DNA of 64,000 bases, from NCBI RefSeq assembly GCF_009914755.1, contig NC_060927.1. One strand, written 5' to 3'. Within the stretch, counting starts at the first letter, position 1, and each line of letters opens with the position of its first letter. The notes beneath the pieces were generated by a model. The model was given only the letters and a program-made list of their open reading frames with translations. It ran no database searches and was not told where the DNA came from. Position numbers and translations under genes: made by a program. Positions 29,221 through 42,579 of this stretch are shown in pieces. This DNA comes from the human T2T-CHM13v2.0 reference genome, Homo sapiens.

Positions 29221-31011
29221 CATCTGGTTGACCTTGTTGAGCTACTTTTAGTAGTACTTGAGTAGTAGTTAGCTACTACTACTACCTGCCACTGCTGCTG
29301 AGCCTGCTAGCACCCTTTACCCTCCGTGCCCTTCCTCAAGTGTGACTCAATCCACACTGGACCAAACATCCTGCTCCATCTACCTGAGATTTTTGCATAG
29401 AAACAGTTCCTTCTGTTCTATTTTATTTTTCCCTTATAGCTACCACTCTCTGCAAAGTTTCAGGTATCCAGAAGGTAATGAGACAGGGGCACGATTCTGT
29501 TCTCAAAGTAATCCTTCCACTGTGATGACTGAGGCCATAAATTTGGGCATAGCTTGCCCTGACTCTGTCTTGTAGTAGAAGTTCTTCTCAGGCAGGCTCC
29601 TCATTTCCACATGCAAATAGACCCTATGTGGTCCTATACCACCAATATTCCCTTGCCCGGAAAGTTTCAAGTCCCAGAAATAAATTCAGTTTAGGCTCAA
29701 ACTGGTACCCCCACTACTCTCTCACCCACAATCCTAGGCACAGGTGAAAAACAATCCAATAGGACATAGATGTTATTTCTCTAAAAATTGAAGGTGCTAC
29801 CATCATTGAATCTTTCACAGACTGAAAAAAAAATGCTCATCTTCCAGATCCTCCTTTTTGGTAAGAGAGAATATTCAAGGAGCTCTTGTTGTTCAAGACT
29901 CTACATAGATGTGGGCCCTGGACTGGGTTTTTGTCAGTTTTCACCATCAATTTTCTCGCTTCTGCCAGCCATGGCAACCTAATCTGCAAAAGGACAGGGA
30001 TAACAAACGGGCTGATGAAACTCTGAAGCTGAACATAGTGAGGCACTATGGTGGTCACATAGTGGTTAAATCTCTCTGGGAAAATGTTGTACACATACAG
30101 CTTAAAATCCCCCTGATCCTGACAGTTCACTTAGACTGCTTATTTTTTGGCAGACCTGATCTGGTCTCCTAGAAAAGACACATAAGAATTTGGCCAATGC
30201 TTTCCAAATTAGTCTGCTTTTTAAAGAAGAGGGTGCATATCATTAAAGTCCTTTCTTTCCTTTCAGAAGTGTCACTTTGCTAGATCCAGAGCATTCTAAC
30301 CTGATGAATGTCTATCTTGGGGAATCATAAAGCAGAAAGTTCTACTCTGTAGCCTAAAAACAGTTTATCTAGCTAGTCAATTGGTGGTAGTCCACCTGTC
30401 TAGTAACCACTGGCTAAAAGTGAGGCTGAAGAACTCTGTGGCAGGACTCAGTAAGGAGAAAGCCTATTTTCCCCAGGAATGGGAGGCCAACGTCTGGCTC
30501 TTGGAAAAACAAGCACATCTCTGGTGCTAGGAGTGTAGCTGTTGCCATGGCACCCAGCCAGACAAAGCTTTAGATGCTGCGGAAGCTCCACAGAGACCAG
30601 GTCCTCAGAGCTGACAGCAATAGTAAAATGCAGTCACTGATTATATATTAAAACAACAAGAAAACCCCCTCTGACATGCTGCAGATGGCTCTTGATAAGA
30701 GCAGAGCTGCTGTGGATAAATTTCATTTTTATCATGTAAAACTTCACAATGTTGGGTCATGTCTGGGGCAACCAAACCCAATTTATGGAACACTGAGAGT
30801 ATATACCTTCTTTGCTTGTCCCTACAGCATAAATTGTAATTCTGCTTTTTTTTTTTTTTTAACCTTTGGCACATTAGGTTACTACCATTTATTTTCATGG
30901 TATGATCTTTCTATTTGTCCAACTCCCTTCTTTAACAGATGATAATATCCATGTTCCATGATGTATATTATCTTGTCCAAGTTCAAGTGGCCAGTAAAGA
31001 AGCCAGGATTT

Positions 31012-31373
<362 letters not shown>

Positions 31374-31391
31374 CTAGCAGAAACTATATTA

Positions 31392-32270
31392 TGTCCTGAC
31401 TCAGTTAGGAAGGATTTTGGCTGCAGATAGCAAAGACAACAATAAAAACTAAGAGTTTATAAACTACAAAGAAATTAAACCTGGATATAGGTTATCACAA
31501 AACTGGTTCAAAAATAACAAAGGGTCAGGACCCGGGTCAGTGTCTCTGCAACTGTCATGACCTTCCTCATAGGATCACAACATGGTTATTACAGATGCAG
31601 GCATCAGTTCTACATGAGCATGTCCAAAGCCTGGATTCATGTAAAGCTGCATGGTAAGAAGAGAAAGGAAAAAGAGCTATCATGATGATATGCTCTCTCC
31701 TTTTATCCAGGAGCAAAGTCCTTTCCAGAATCCTCCCAGTTGACTTTCTCTTAAGTCTCACTGGACAGAACAAGTTTCCATAGAAAACTTGATATTGTTT
31801 GGCTGTGTCCCTATCCAAATCTCACCTTGAATTGTAATAATTCCCATGTGTCAAGGGTGGGACCAGGTGGAGATAATTAAATCATGGTTAGAGTTTCCCC
31901 CTCACTGTTCTTGTGGTAGTGAATAAGTCTCAAAAGTTCTGACAGTTTTATAAATAAATGTTCCCCTGCACAAGCTCTTTTGCCTGCTACCATGGAAGAC
32001 ATGACTTTGTTCATTTGCCTTCAGCTATGATTGTGAGGCCTCTCCAGCCATGTGGAACTATGAGTCAATTAAACCTCTTTCCTTTATAAATTACTCAGTC
32101 TCAGGTATGTCTTTATTAGCAAAGTGAGAACAGACTAATATACAACTCTAGCTGCAAGGGAGGCTAAGAAAGAGCATTTGGCCTTTCTCAGCTGCTATAA
32201 TTGAAGGTAGTTAAGAAGGACGTGAATTGGGAATGACCATTATGTAGCCAAATAAAAGTGTTTGCCACAC
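31392..32270 (-). mobile_element. Old MLT1 LTR interrupted by THE1
   Basis: ggctgcagatagca..., ctttccagaatcctcccag...gtctcactggacagaac, resuming at ctagctgcaagggaggctaagaaa. Confidence 0.6.
31790..32142 (+). mobile_element. THE1 (B-like) solo LTR
   Basis: tgatattgtttggctgtgtccc...attaaacctctttcctttataaattac...agaacagactaata; TSD (a/c)aact. Confidence 0.93.
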
Positions 32271-33624
32271 ATCCTCACAGTCTCCAGGGAACCATTGCTA
32301 TATGGCAAGTTTTTGGTTTAGTGCTCATAATATTTCCCAGCATTACTCTAAGAGCCTCCTAACTAATGTTCCCTGTCCATAGTCTACCCTTTAGTGGAAA
32401 GATTTGGCTAAAATCCAACTTGTCTTATTAATACCCTGAAGCGGGTTCTGTCACAGAACCCAACTAACCACCGAGGCATTTAATACACAAGCACTTTGAG
32501 AACAGTTGTTTAAATTTTCTATTCTGTGCACAAATGGAAAATATTTCCAATAAAAACATAGCAGAAGAACCCTTTGTCTTTCTTTCCCTCCCTCCCCCAT
32601 CCCCAACCATTCTTGCCAAGTCATACAAACTCTCCATATAATCTAAGTCCCAGATGAACCTAAAATGCTGTATTTTGTCTGGAGGAAGAAATGAACGCAC
32701 ACACTCGATGCTAAAATAAAGAGTAAGATTTTAAATTCCTTACAGACTTACAAATTGACTACATGGAAACAGAGGTTTTTTTCCTTCCTTTCTCTTTAAT
32801 CATTTCAGTCTGGTTGCTGGTTTTCAAATTTATTGACTTGGAAAATTAAGACTTTCCTATGCGATATTTCATGCTTCTCACTTCATAAAGTCACTGCCCA
32901 TTTGATTTAAAGACCCAGACTCATACCACTTCATTCTAAAAGGTATGGGACATTTGAATTTATTTTTTATCCACAAACAATTAGCATTTCAAACTCCAGG
33001 AGGAGCCACTCACATTGTTTTGTGTAAGTGGAGCCCCCTAGACCCACCCTGGAACTGTGCAGTAGAAGTCCTGACAATAGCTGCTCTGAGAAACAGCAAA
33101 TATATACCTATTAGTTTGAGCACTAGTCCTCACAATATCTGTGCTCACAGTAATGAGAGAGTCTCTTCTGCTGTTCCTGGAGCACATATGTGAAGGTCAT
33201 GCATAGAAATGTTTGTCCTGGGAGTCCAGGCTGAGTGCACCCTGAACAGAGCACTCTCTCTTTCAGCCTTTGTAAAGTGATGCCTAGCTCTTATTTTTAA
33301 ATGACAAAGGGAAGGCAATCCCAGTGTTTGAAGCTCTTCTCCCATCCTAGAGAAGAAACAGGACAGAATAAGGGAATAAGGACTTGGTGAGTGACAGAGG
33401 CCAGTGTCAAGAAAAAGACTGAGCAGAACTGGGTGGTAAAGAGCTGCTGCTGGGTCTCTAAGAGAAAAATACAGATCAGGTTATTTTTCAGACAGAAAAT
33501 GCGTCAATTTGGGGGAGACTGAGTGGAGTGTATTGGAACAGAGAATCGAAACTCCAGCAGTAGGATTAATCCATGGGGAACTCGATTTAGCAGAAGAGAG
33601 CAGACACAGAATTTTGATCATGCT

Positions 33625-34050
33625 ATTCATTCATTCACCAAAAATACCTTATGTATCTACTGTGTCAGGCATTGTGCCTGAGGGATTCATCAGTGGAGGC
33701 AGACGTGGTCCTTCCCCCCAGGAAGCTTACAGTCCTATGAGCAAGGCTAACATTAAATTATCACACAAATAAGTGTGTGATCTGAAGTATGATAAGCATT
33801 ATAAAAGAAAAATACATGGCACAAGAAAATGAGAAACAAAGGAGGCATAACCAGACCAAGGATTCAGGCAGCGTCCCCAGGAAAATGATCTTTAAGCCCT
33901 TGAAGGATAAGTAGGGTCCTGGGAAGTGAAGAAGTAGAGAAGCATTCTAGGCGAGGGGACAGCACATTGGGAGGCCCTGAGTGTGGAAGAACTTGGCACA
34001 TTTGAGGCCAGAAAGGAGTCCATGTGAGTGAAGAATGTCACCAGAGAGCT
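33625..34050 (-). mobile_element. L2 fragment
   Basis: attcattcattcacc..., ggaagcttacagtc, agcattctaggcgaggggacagcac...aggccctga. Confidence 0.7.
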
Positions 34051-34055
34051 CAGAC

Positions 34056-35553
34056 TGACAACCTGAAATAATCAAAAGGCTCAGAATCCAATTTTAAAGA
34101 GCTTATTAAGGCAAAAAGCTGAGAATGACCATCCAGGAGACACAGACCCCAGAGAAATGGGTCATAGCTTCAAAGTTAAAAGTTAAGATCTTGCTAATAT
34201 AGGCAGAAAACAAAGAAGTTTAGTAGGATCATAACATTTCTATACATGGTTGGTTTATGAGTTACAACAATTCAGTTAGTTTGTTTTCTTGTCCATACAG
34301 CTTGTTTTCTTTGCAGCTGGTTTTTATTTCCTTTCCAGTTTAAAAGAGTGTGTTTAACATTTTATCTTAAGACCATGTGATAGCCATGACGTCTTTGTGT
34401 GAGAAAGGTAAGAGGGAAATTCATCTGTAATGCAAATCAACAGTAAAGAGGAAAGGGGTCTTCCCTGGAACGCCTCAGTTATTTACAACATTCCTCAAAA
34501 CAAGGTAAATAAGGAAGAAGGCATATCTGTAATGACAGAAGCAAAGGGTATAGCTGCCTGCTTAACTCTGCTTAACTCTTTGACTCTGACTTGGGTACTA
34601 TAATTATATTCCTTTAAGGCTCAAACTACTGTAATGTTCTTTAAACAGGAAATCAATAAAAGTAGGCAAAGAACATGAACAGACACTTCTCAAAAGAAGA
34701 TACACAAGTGGCCCACAAACATATGAAAAAAATGTCCAACACGACTAATCATTAGAGAAGTGCAAATCAAAACCACAATGAGAGATCATCTTCCATCTGT
34801 CAGAATGGCTTTTTTAAAAAAAGTCAAAAAATAACAGATGCTGGTGAGGTTGTGGAGAGAAGGGGACACTTATATACTGTTGGTGGGATATAAATTAGTC
34901 TAGCCACTGTGGAGAGCGTTTGGAGATTTCTCAAAGAACTGTGAATTGAATTACTATTCAACCCAACAATTCCATTACTGGGTATTTCCCAGCGGAAAAT
35001 AAATCATTCCACTAAGAGGACACATGCAACTTTATGTTTATCACAGCACTATTCACAATAGCAAAAACATGAAATCAACCCAGGAGCCCATCAACAGTGG
35101 ATTGGACAAAGAAAAATGTGGTATATGTACACAATGGAATACTATTCAACCATAAAAAAGAATTAAATCATGTCCTTTGCAGCAACATGGGTGGAGTTGG
35201 AGGCCATTACTTTAAGCAAACTAACACAGAAACAGAAAACCAAATACCACATATTCTCACTTATGAGTGAGAGCTAAACATTGGATATACATGGACATAA
35301 AAATGAGAACAATGGACACTGGGGATTACTAGCAGGGGAGACAAAGAGGGAAGCAAGAGCTGAAAAACTACCTATTGAATACTATCTCACTACTTGGATG
35401 ATGGGTTAAGTCATACCCCAAACCTCAGCATCACACAATAACAAACCTGCACATGTACCCCTAGATTCTAAGAAAGTTGAAAAAGAAAAAAGAAGAAATA
35501 GAAAAGTATTTTGCAGTTTCAACAGCTTAGATGTTGACTTACTTATTTTCATG
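34056..35553 (-). mobile_element. LTR49-like solo LTR, split by an L1 insertion
   Basis: Reverse complement aligns by eye to 17579-18206; resumes after the L1 at caacagcttagatgttgacttacttattttca. Confidence 0.75.
34643..35503 (+). mobile_element. L1PA15/16-like 3' end
   Basis: aacagacacttctcaaaagaaga ORF2 end; 3' UTR gaaaaactacctatt...aaacctcagcatcacacaata; A tail. Confidence 0.92.
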
Positions 35554-36589
35554 GCCATAATGTACAGGGATTTCTACAGAGAGCCCCCCTTTCAGGTCCT
35601 GAACTTCAGTTCTGAGTCACATCTATTGCAAAAGTGTCACACTGTTCGGCTCAACAACTACAGTGCAAGCGCAGGAAGTCACTTTCCTTTGAGGTCACTG
35701 GTCCCCGCCCTGAACCCTTAGCAGCTTATAAATTTATTCGCAAAAGTAATTCAGAGGTATTAGTGGAGGAAGCACCAGGTAACAGTAGACCAATGGCTTT
35801 CAAATTGTTGACATTTGGGGCACTGTGTCAGATTACTGGGGTCTCTCTTAACTCACACATTGGCAGCTGCCAAGCCCACCAAGTAGGGGGGCTGGAGGAA
35901 AGGGCTGCCAGGCTTATGTCACACCAAAACAGCAGCTGCTCCACAAAGAGCTCTCTTTCCTGGTTGCAGACTAGTAACAGCCCAAGGCAGTCTTGCCTGT
36001 GGCTTTACAATCTCTTTGACTTTGTTTCCTAATATTTGGGAATGGGAACAATTTCCACAATGTGAGGTCTCAGAATTATAAATGTTCCAGTTACCTGTTA
36101 CCTGTTTCATTGCAAGCTCTCCTCGGCTCACAAGACAGGAGATAAGAACTGGTACAAGGAAGCTGCCATCCAGGGCAGGATAAGAGGGGTGACTAAGCTA
36201 GTCACCCTGCAGAAGACAGCAGCCTTCTGCAGTCTCTCATTTGCATTGCAAACCCAGACCCTGCAGCACGAGCAGCCAATTGGGAATAAAGGTCCCCAGG
36301 GCTAGAGGTTGTCATACTCCATCAAGCAAATAGGTGCAAAAGTTTGTTCATTCCTTGCATTGTAAAATCCAGGAATAGGCTTGGAATTCAAGGGGCCAGA
36401 CAAAATTTTCTCTGAACTAACTTCTACTAAAATGCTAATGTGAAACTAAATGGAATTCTTCAGATATGTGAGGCTGCTCCAGGACTCTCCAGAAGAGCCT
36501 TGGGCAAAATAGACAGTGGATGGCACAACTCTAGCCTTACCTTAAAAGACATTAAACAAAAACTAAAATCAAAAAGGACTCAGTAATGA

Positions 36590-37674
36590 CAGCCTAAATA
36601 TACAGATGGACAATGGACAGACCACATATAAAATAGAATTCTGACCCACAACCTGCAGCCAACAGCCCAGGAAACCAGCCCATTATCTACATTAACCAGC
36701 CTAGAAAACCAGCCTGCTATCAATAACTCAAACTTATGTGAAGTCAGATAACTATCTCTGGTAAAATTCAGGGAACTGAACAATAATCCCTATAGTAATT
36801 AGCCCCAAATGGCCAGGACTTGATTAATAATGACAACTTTCCTAGTTTTTGTTCCTGCTTCCAACTTAGAACCAACCAGAGAAAGCCAGATATGCACCCC
36901 TAACCAATCACGCAGGATACCTGCCTACATTTTCCCCCTGCCAACAGCCTCAATCAGGGAATAACTAAAGCTCCCCTGCTTTCTGTTACCAGAAAAGGGT
37001 CCTGATCCAGACCCCAATAGAGGGTTCTTGGATCTCACACAAGAAAGAATTCAGTGCGAGTCCATAAAGTAAAGTGAAAGCAAGTTTATTAAGAAAGTAA
37101 AGGAATAAAGAATGGCTACTCCATAGGCAGAGCAGCTCCCAGGGCTGCTGGTTGCCCATTTTTATGGTTATTTCTTGATTATATGTTAAACGGGTGGATT
37201 ATTCATGTCTCCCCTTTTTAGACAATATAGGGTAACTTCCTGACATTGCCATGGCATTTGTAAACTGTCATGGCACTGGTGGGAGTGTAGCAGTGAGGAT
37301 GATCAGAGGTCACTCCATTGCCATCTTGGTTTTTGTGGGTTTTAACTGGCTTCTTTATTGCAATCTGTTTTATCAGCAAAGTCCTTATGACCTGTATCTT
37401 GTGCTGACCTCCTATCTCATCCCATGACTTAGAATGCCTAACTGCCTGCGAATGCAGACTAGCAGGTCTTAGCCTTATTTTACCTAGCCCCTATTCAAGG
37501 TAAAGCTGCTCTGGTTCAAATGCCTATGACATTTCCACTGTAAAACTTTCCCACTCTGCTGCCTGCTTTTGAGTCTCTGCCAAGACATAAGGGATGGCAG
37601 CTGACTCCCTTGATATAACAAGCTGGATAATAGCCTTTGCTTGTTCTCATTTGACTGGTCTTTGTTTATTTCCA
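36590..37674 (+). mobile_element. ERV1 LTR (MER67/MER31-like), interrupted by MER41
   Basis: aatagaattctgacccacaacctgcagc...cccaggaaacc; resumes after 37531. Confidence 0.65.
36984..37531 (-). mobile_element. MER41A solo LTR
   Basis: Reverse complement tgtcataggcatttgaaccagagc...gggtctggatcaggacccttttctggtaaca; TSD tttc. Confidence 0.9.
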
Positions 37675-37850
37675 AAACACGGTTCCATCACTTGTTGAGC
37701 ACCTGATCTATCTCTAATCTCTGGACCTCAGCTTCTTCTTCTATAGGGGTTAATACTGCTAACCTCTGCCTCTCCCATAGTATTGTGAGGAAGAAACAAG
37801 TGCTTTGTAAACTAAAGCACTGAAGCAATATAAGTTATTACTTTGGATGT

Positions 37851-38459
37851 TGATAAGGCTCAGGATACATCATCCCAAAAGATGACCATTGGATACCAGG
37901 ATATACCACCCCAAAATATGCATCTCTGGCATAATGTTTATTTTGAGAAACAGAAGACACAGGAAAGGCTCTGAAACAGTAGCCCTTTTGTAAGAGAAAT
38001 TTACAACCACAAAGGAAATCTCCATTTTTAAGGATATCTTCTGTGTACTTTCCAGAAAGAGAAGAATGACTGAATCACTAGAGACTTTTATTAATGAAGA
38101 AAACATCTTAAATCTGACATTTTTCTGCCTTTAGAAAGCATCTTAAGGACTTAAATCTGCATAACAAACCTTTCCCTGTTTTCCATGCTTTTTCTGGTCA
38201 TTTCATTTCAACGAGGCCTTTATTCACACCTTTCTTTCTTTTTCCAGAGAATGACGGGATTTAAGCCTGAAGTATAAATTCTTGGAGATCTAGAGATTCA
38301 CTCATTCATCTGTGTTATCTCTTACATATATAGGGTGCATACATATTCTTAAACATTTTTGTTTTGCTTTGTTTTTGTTAATCTGTCTTTTGTTACAGGG
38401 ATCTGTCCCAACTAAGAACTATGGGGAGTAGAGATAAAATTATTTTTTCTCCCCTAAAA
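37851..38459 (+). mobile_element. MER34-like ERV1 LTR
   Basis: ccaccccaaaatatg...tattttgag...ttaatctgtcttttgttacaggg...ttctccccta. Confidence 0.7.
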
Positions 38460-38618
38460 CATCAGTGTTGCTCTTCCACTACTCTCTTCTGCCCTCTTCC
38501 TTCCTCCTCTCTTTTAGAATATTCTGGTCTTGGTTCAGCACTTCAATTTGAATATACAAAACATGTGGGAAGGAACATAAATGTATAAATTTAAAATTTC
38601 AGAAATAGAGACATGTAG

Positions 38619-39077
38619 TGATGCAGGATTTTCGCTCCTTAGCTCAGCTACATCTGGGTTCTTGTCTCATGACAAGGAAGAATTAGGCATGTGGACACCA
38701 GAGAGTGAGTGGAGTAGAATTTATTAAGCATAAGGAAAGCTCTCAGCAAAAAGAGGGGTCCTGAAAGCAGGTTGCTGGTTGCCCCCTTCACAGTTAAATA
38801 CCAGGGTTTAAGGCGTGAATTCCTAGTGGCTTCAACCCATCCTTCCAGTGCACATGTGGGCCCTTAGACTGATCCATTCCATATTGATTTATTTCCCTTA
38901 CTGCACATGTGTTAAGGAATGGAATTTTCAACTGCAGGCATGTTTCAGGCAAGTCTCCTGTGCAAGTTCCCTTATCTGCACAAAACATCTAGTGTAAGCA
39001 CTTGTGAGGCATGTTGGAGGTTCTCCAGGGACCCGTCCCTTACTGTCTGCCTAAAGCAAGCTGTCTAACTCCTTTCA
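38619..39077 (-). mobile_element. ERV1 solo LTR (MER61/MER83-related)
   Basis: TG...CA ends; reverse complement begins tgaaaggagttagacagcttgctttaggcagacagtaaggg; flanks gtag / ttag. Confidence 0.7.
38936..38956. promoter_or_regulatory. Candidate p53 response element (two RRRCWWGYYY half-sites, 1-bp spacer)
   Basis: aggcatgttt-c-aggcaagtct; both decamers match the consensus exactly. Motif match only, binding not shown. Confidence 0.5.
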
Positions 39078-40255
39078 TTAGTACTTTACTGTAATGCCTC
39101 TTAGCCCCTCTTCCTATCCTGCCCCCCTCCACCTAAGCTTCTTTTCTATTTGGGACCTTGAGTTTCTCTTTTCCTCTTTCTCTCTCCTTTCATTCCTCGT
39201 TGTTGGTAGTTTCTATTCTCTAATGCTAGATTGAAGATTTTAAAATTATAAAAGTCTGCAAAGTTTTCCCCATTTGAGGACAAATCTCAGTCTGGTAGGT
39301 CTGAGAGCATCTTAAAAGAAATACAGTTTCATTATTTCCAAGAATAAAAAGGTAACACTGGTTGAAAGGGGAATAAGAAAGTCTTGTGTGCTTTAATGGA
39401 TCAGAGTTGTAATTAGCTTATTCATTATTTGGATGAAAAGTCAGGCTCACAAATAGATGAGCATTTCCCTTGTTTGTGCTCTTAATTCCATCAGCAAACC
39501 TTATTCTCTTAGATGTGATGCATAATATCCCATTACAGAGTAATATTCATCAAAAAAATTAATCCCAGGGTCTCCTATAATAGCAAATATTAATCCCTGG
39601 GACTTGCCCAGGGCTTTGTTGACATGATTGCAATAAATCTTCCAAGCATAATAACTGTTAGAAGAAGGCAAATATGAAAGAAAAATTTCTAAAAGTAGCC
39701 TAAGATGGCTGCAGTTTGGACATATAGACAACAGAAATAAGGCCTATGCATTAAAGCTGAGCTCTCGCCTGCAAGGCTGGAGTCTGTCAAATATTTCACT
39801 GGCATGTACTGATTACTACTTTGCCTATCAGATGAAGCACAAAGTAAGGATAGAGCTAATCATTCGTCTCCAAATCCTAAGATGCCTACATACTCATTAA
39901 CATTTTACTTTATATAAGCTTGCTTTATCTTATGTACGACATCACTGAGCACCAATTAGAACTATAAACATGTCACCTTTGCTTCAGTGCCTCCTTCTCC
40001 TATTTCTATGTATCAGAACATATAAATACTGTGCCTCATGTAGGCAACCCTGGGACACATTCTTGGTTTGTGCTGAATCTGTGTTCCTGGGCTATTAGTT
40101 TTCAATCTTGGCTCAAACTAAAATTAACTTTAAATTTTTGTAGGTGTATAATGCCTGTTATTTAACCATTCAGCCAACATAACTTTGTATAGTAGATGTC
40201 ATTGGGGCAGCCAGGTCTGCCTTGCTTTTGTGGGTCTAGAGTGATGATTCCTGTG

Positions 40256-41140
40256 CAGGGGTTCTCAACCCTGAGTACACATCAGAATCATCTGGAGGGT
40301 TTGCTAAAATACACATTGCTCCTACACTCCGAAACCATCTTTACAAAAATTATGACAGTGAAAGAACTTTGACCTCCGTTTTGCTTCTAACTTCTAAGCT
40401 GCCCTTGCTTATTCCTGGGCATAGGACTGTCTGACTACAGGAGGAATTTAGTTTATAACTTAACTTTGAAACAAAGATGATAACAGCCTCTTCCCCAAAC
40501 AAACCCCCTTTTTGTTTAGGAATCAGACTTCCTCTGTAAAACTAACAAATTAGCCACAAATTTAGAAATTATGGCTCAGGAGTCATTCAGCCGGAAGCCA
40601 CAAGATTCCTAACCTCCCCAATTGCTCCTATGGATAACATCACTACTATAAATCTTAAGATTGGATTGGTGTTCGAGGTGTTTTTCAGCTTATTGGTGTC
40701 ACCCAGACAAATAAACTGGCTCATCTGGTCTCATGGCCCCCACCCAGCAACTGACTCAGCACAAGAAGACAAGCTCCAACTCCCTATTTTTATCCCTGAC
40801 TCAACTGATCATCATTCCTCATTCCCTAGCTTCTTGTCCGCCAAAATATTCTTAAAAAAATTCTAGCCTACGAATTTTCAGGGAAGCTGATTTGAGTAAT
40901 AACAAAGCTCCAGTCTACCATTTAGTCAGCTCTGCATTTAGTAAACTCTTTCTCTATTGCGATAATGCTGTCTCAGTAAATCAGCTTTTCTGGGCAGCAG
41001 GCAAAATGAAGCCATCAGGTCATTACAACTCCCACCTCTCAAATTTTGAGTCAGTAGGGGTGTGGAGCCTGATGATTTGGATTTCTAAAAGGTTCTCAGG
41101 TGCTGCTTCTGATCCAGGGACTAGGCAATGAGAACCCCTG
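40256..41140. mobile_element. MER5A split by an LTR8 insertion
   Basis: Terminal inverted repeats cagggg(g)ttctca ... tgagaacccctg; atcagaatcatctggaggg. Confidence 0.8.
40330..41027 (+). mobile_element. LTR8-family solo LTR
   Basis: gaaaccatctttacaaaaattatgacagtg ... catcaggtcattaca; TSD actc. Confidence 0.85.
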
Positions 41141-41504
41141 CCTTAAAGGATTGGAACTAACTTGAGCCCAGATGAAGCAACCCTCCTCCACTGATACACG
41201 CTACCAAGTTATGGGATTTCTTACCTGGACCAAGCTTCTTATCCTTAGAATACAAGAGATAGCCAAAACTTAGTTCACACTAAGGTACAAATAACTGGCA
41301 TTAGCTCTTACCAGAGCCTACCTTGAGAGGTTTGAGGGGAGAATGCTATGAGTGAGTCAGCTGAAATGGCAGGGCCAAAGGGGCAGAGAAAGGGGGTGGT
41401 GCACACTGAAACTGAGTCTACACCATTTTGTCTAGCCCCAGCTAGCTTTCTCTACAAAAGAGGGTCTCCCCACAAGGAAATGCTGGTTTCTATCATCCTT
41501 AGAT

Positions 41505-41812
41505 GGTAAGTGAAGTGGCTTACTCCTAAAATCTTAGCACTTCGGGGGGCTGAGGCAGATGGATCACTTTGAGCTCATGAGTTCAAGACCAGCCTGGCCA
41601 ACATGGTGAAACTCCATCTTTACAAAAAAGACAAAAATTAGCCAGGCATTGGTGGTACATGCCTGTAGTCTCAGCTATTCAGGATGCTGAGGCTGGAGAA
41701 TTGCTTGAGCCCAGGAAGTGGAGGTTGCAGTGGGCCAAGATTGCATGTCCAGACTGGGTGACAGAGTGAGACCCTGTCTCAAAAAATAAAAAAATGGAAA
41801 AAATAAATAAAT
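41505..41812 (+). mobile_element. AluJ, diverged
   Basis: Dimeric Alu with ttgagcccaggaag and gagaccctgtctc; A-rich tail. Confidence 0.93.
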
Positions 41813-42579
41813 GGGAAAGACAAGGTGTATTAAATTATCCTGGATCCTTTGTGCCCCAACCCGCTAGTCACCTATAATCATTTCTTGTACTGGAGAGTTC
41901 TTACAGTTTGACTTTAGTTTCTTACATTGTAACATTTAAATCAGAAAGGATGGAAGTCATATTTAAAAACTGGTATGTTTTAATTTAGATGTCAAATGAA
42001 CTGGACAGATTGGTATCAGTCAACTTGACCTGGAGCTCCAATAAGGCTTTGGTTCCTAAATATCACTAAATTGCATGCACTGAGCATGATAAAGCATTCA
42101 TTAGGTTCCCACTTCTCTGAGCAGGTCTGAGGGATACCTAAGAAAGAAATAAGCTCTTGCTCATACGATAACTTGGGATAGAAGGAACTGTGAGGAGGAT
42201 GATTCAACAGGCTTGGAGAAAAGTAAGGAACTCAGAAGAGAGCTGAGTCCAGGAAAGACACCCACCTGTGGTGGTGCATTTCTTGCCTGTTCAGATGATG
42301 AGTTGAAGTCCCTCTTGATTTCCTTGACTTCCTTAGTAAGACAACCAAGCAATCAAAATATGTGGGGTCAGAGACAAGTCTGGCCCCAAGTGGCACTATA
42401 GGGGCATAGGGTAGCTGGAGAGCAGTGGTTGTATGGGAGATGCAGAAAGTTTCTACCTCAGGACACTTTCTCCAGTTTCAGGGCTTTATAACAACTTTCA
42501 ACGTAATGTGTGGATATGATAGTTGTCAAGACAATGATGAAAGAGTTTAAAAATGAACGCAAGACTTTCTATTGTAGAT

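Noticed and set aside
29241-29285. agtagtag/ctactact quasi-palindrome
   Set aside because: A short trinucleotide-derived inverted repeat with no further support.
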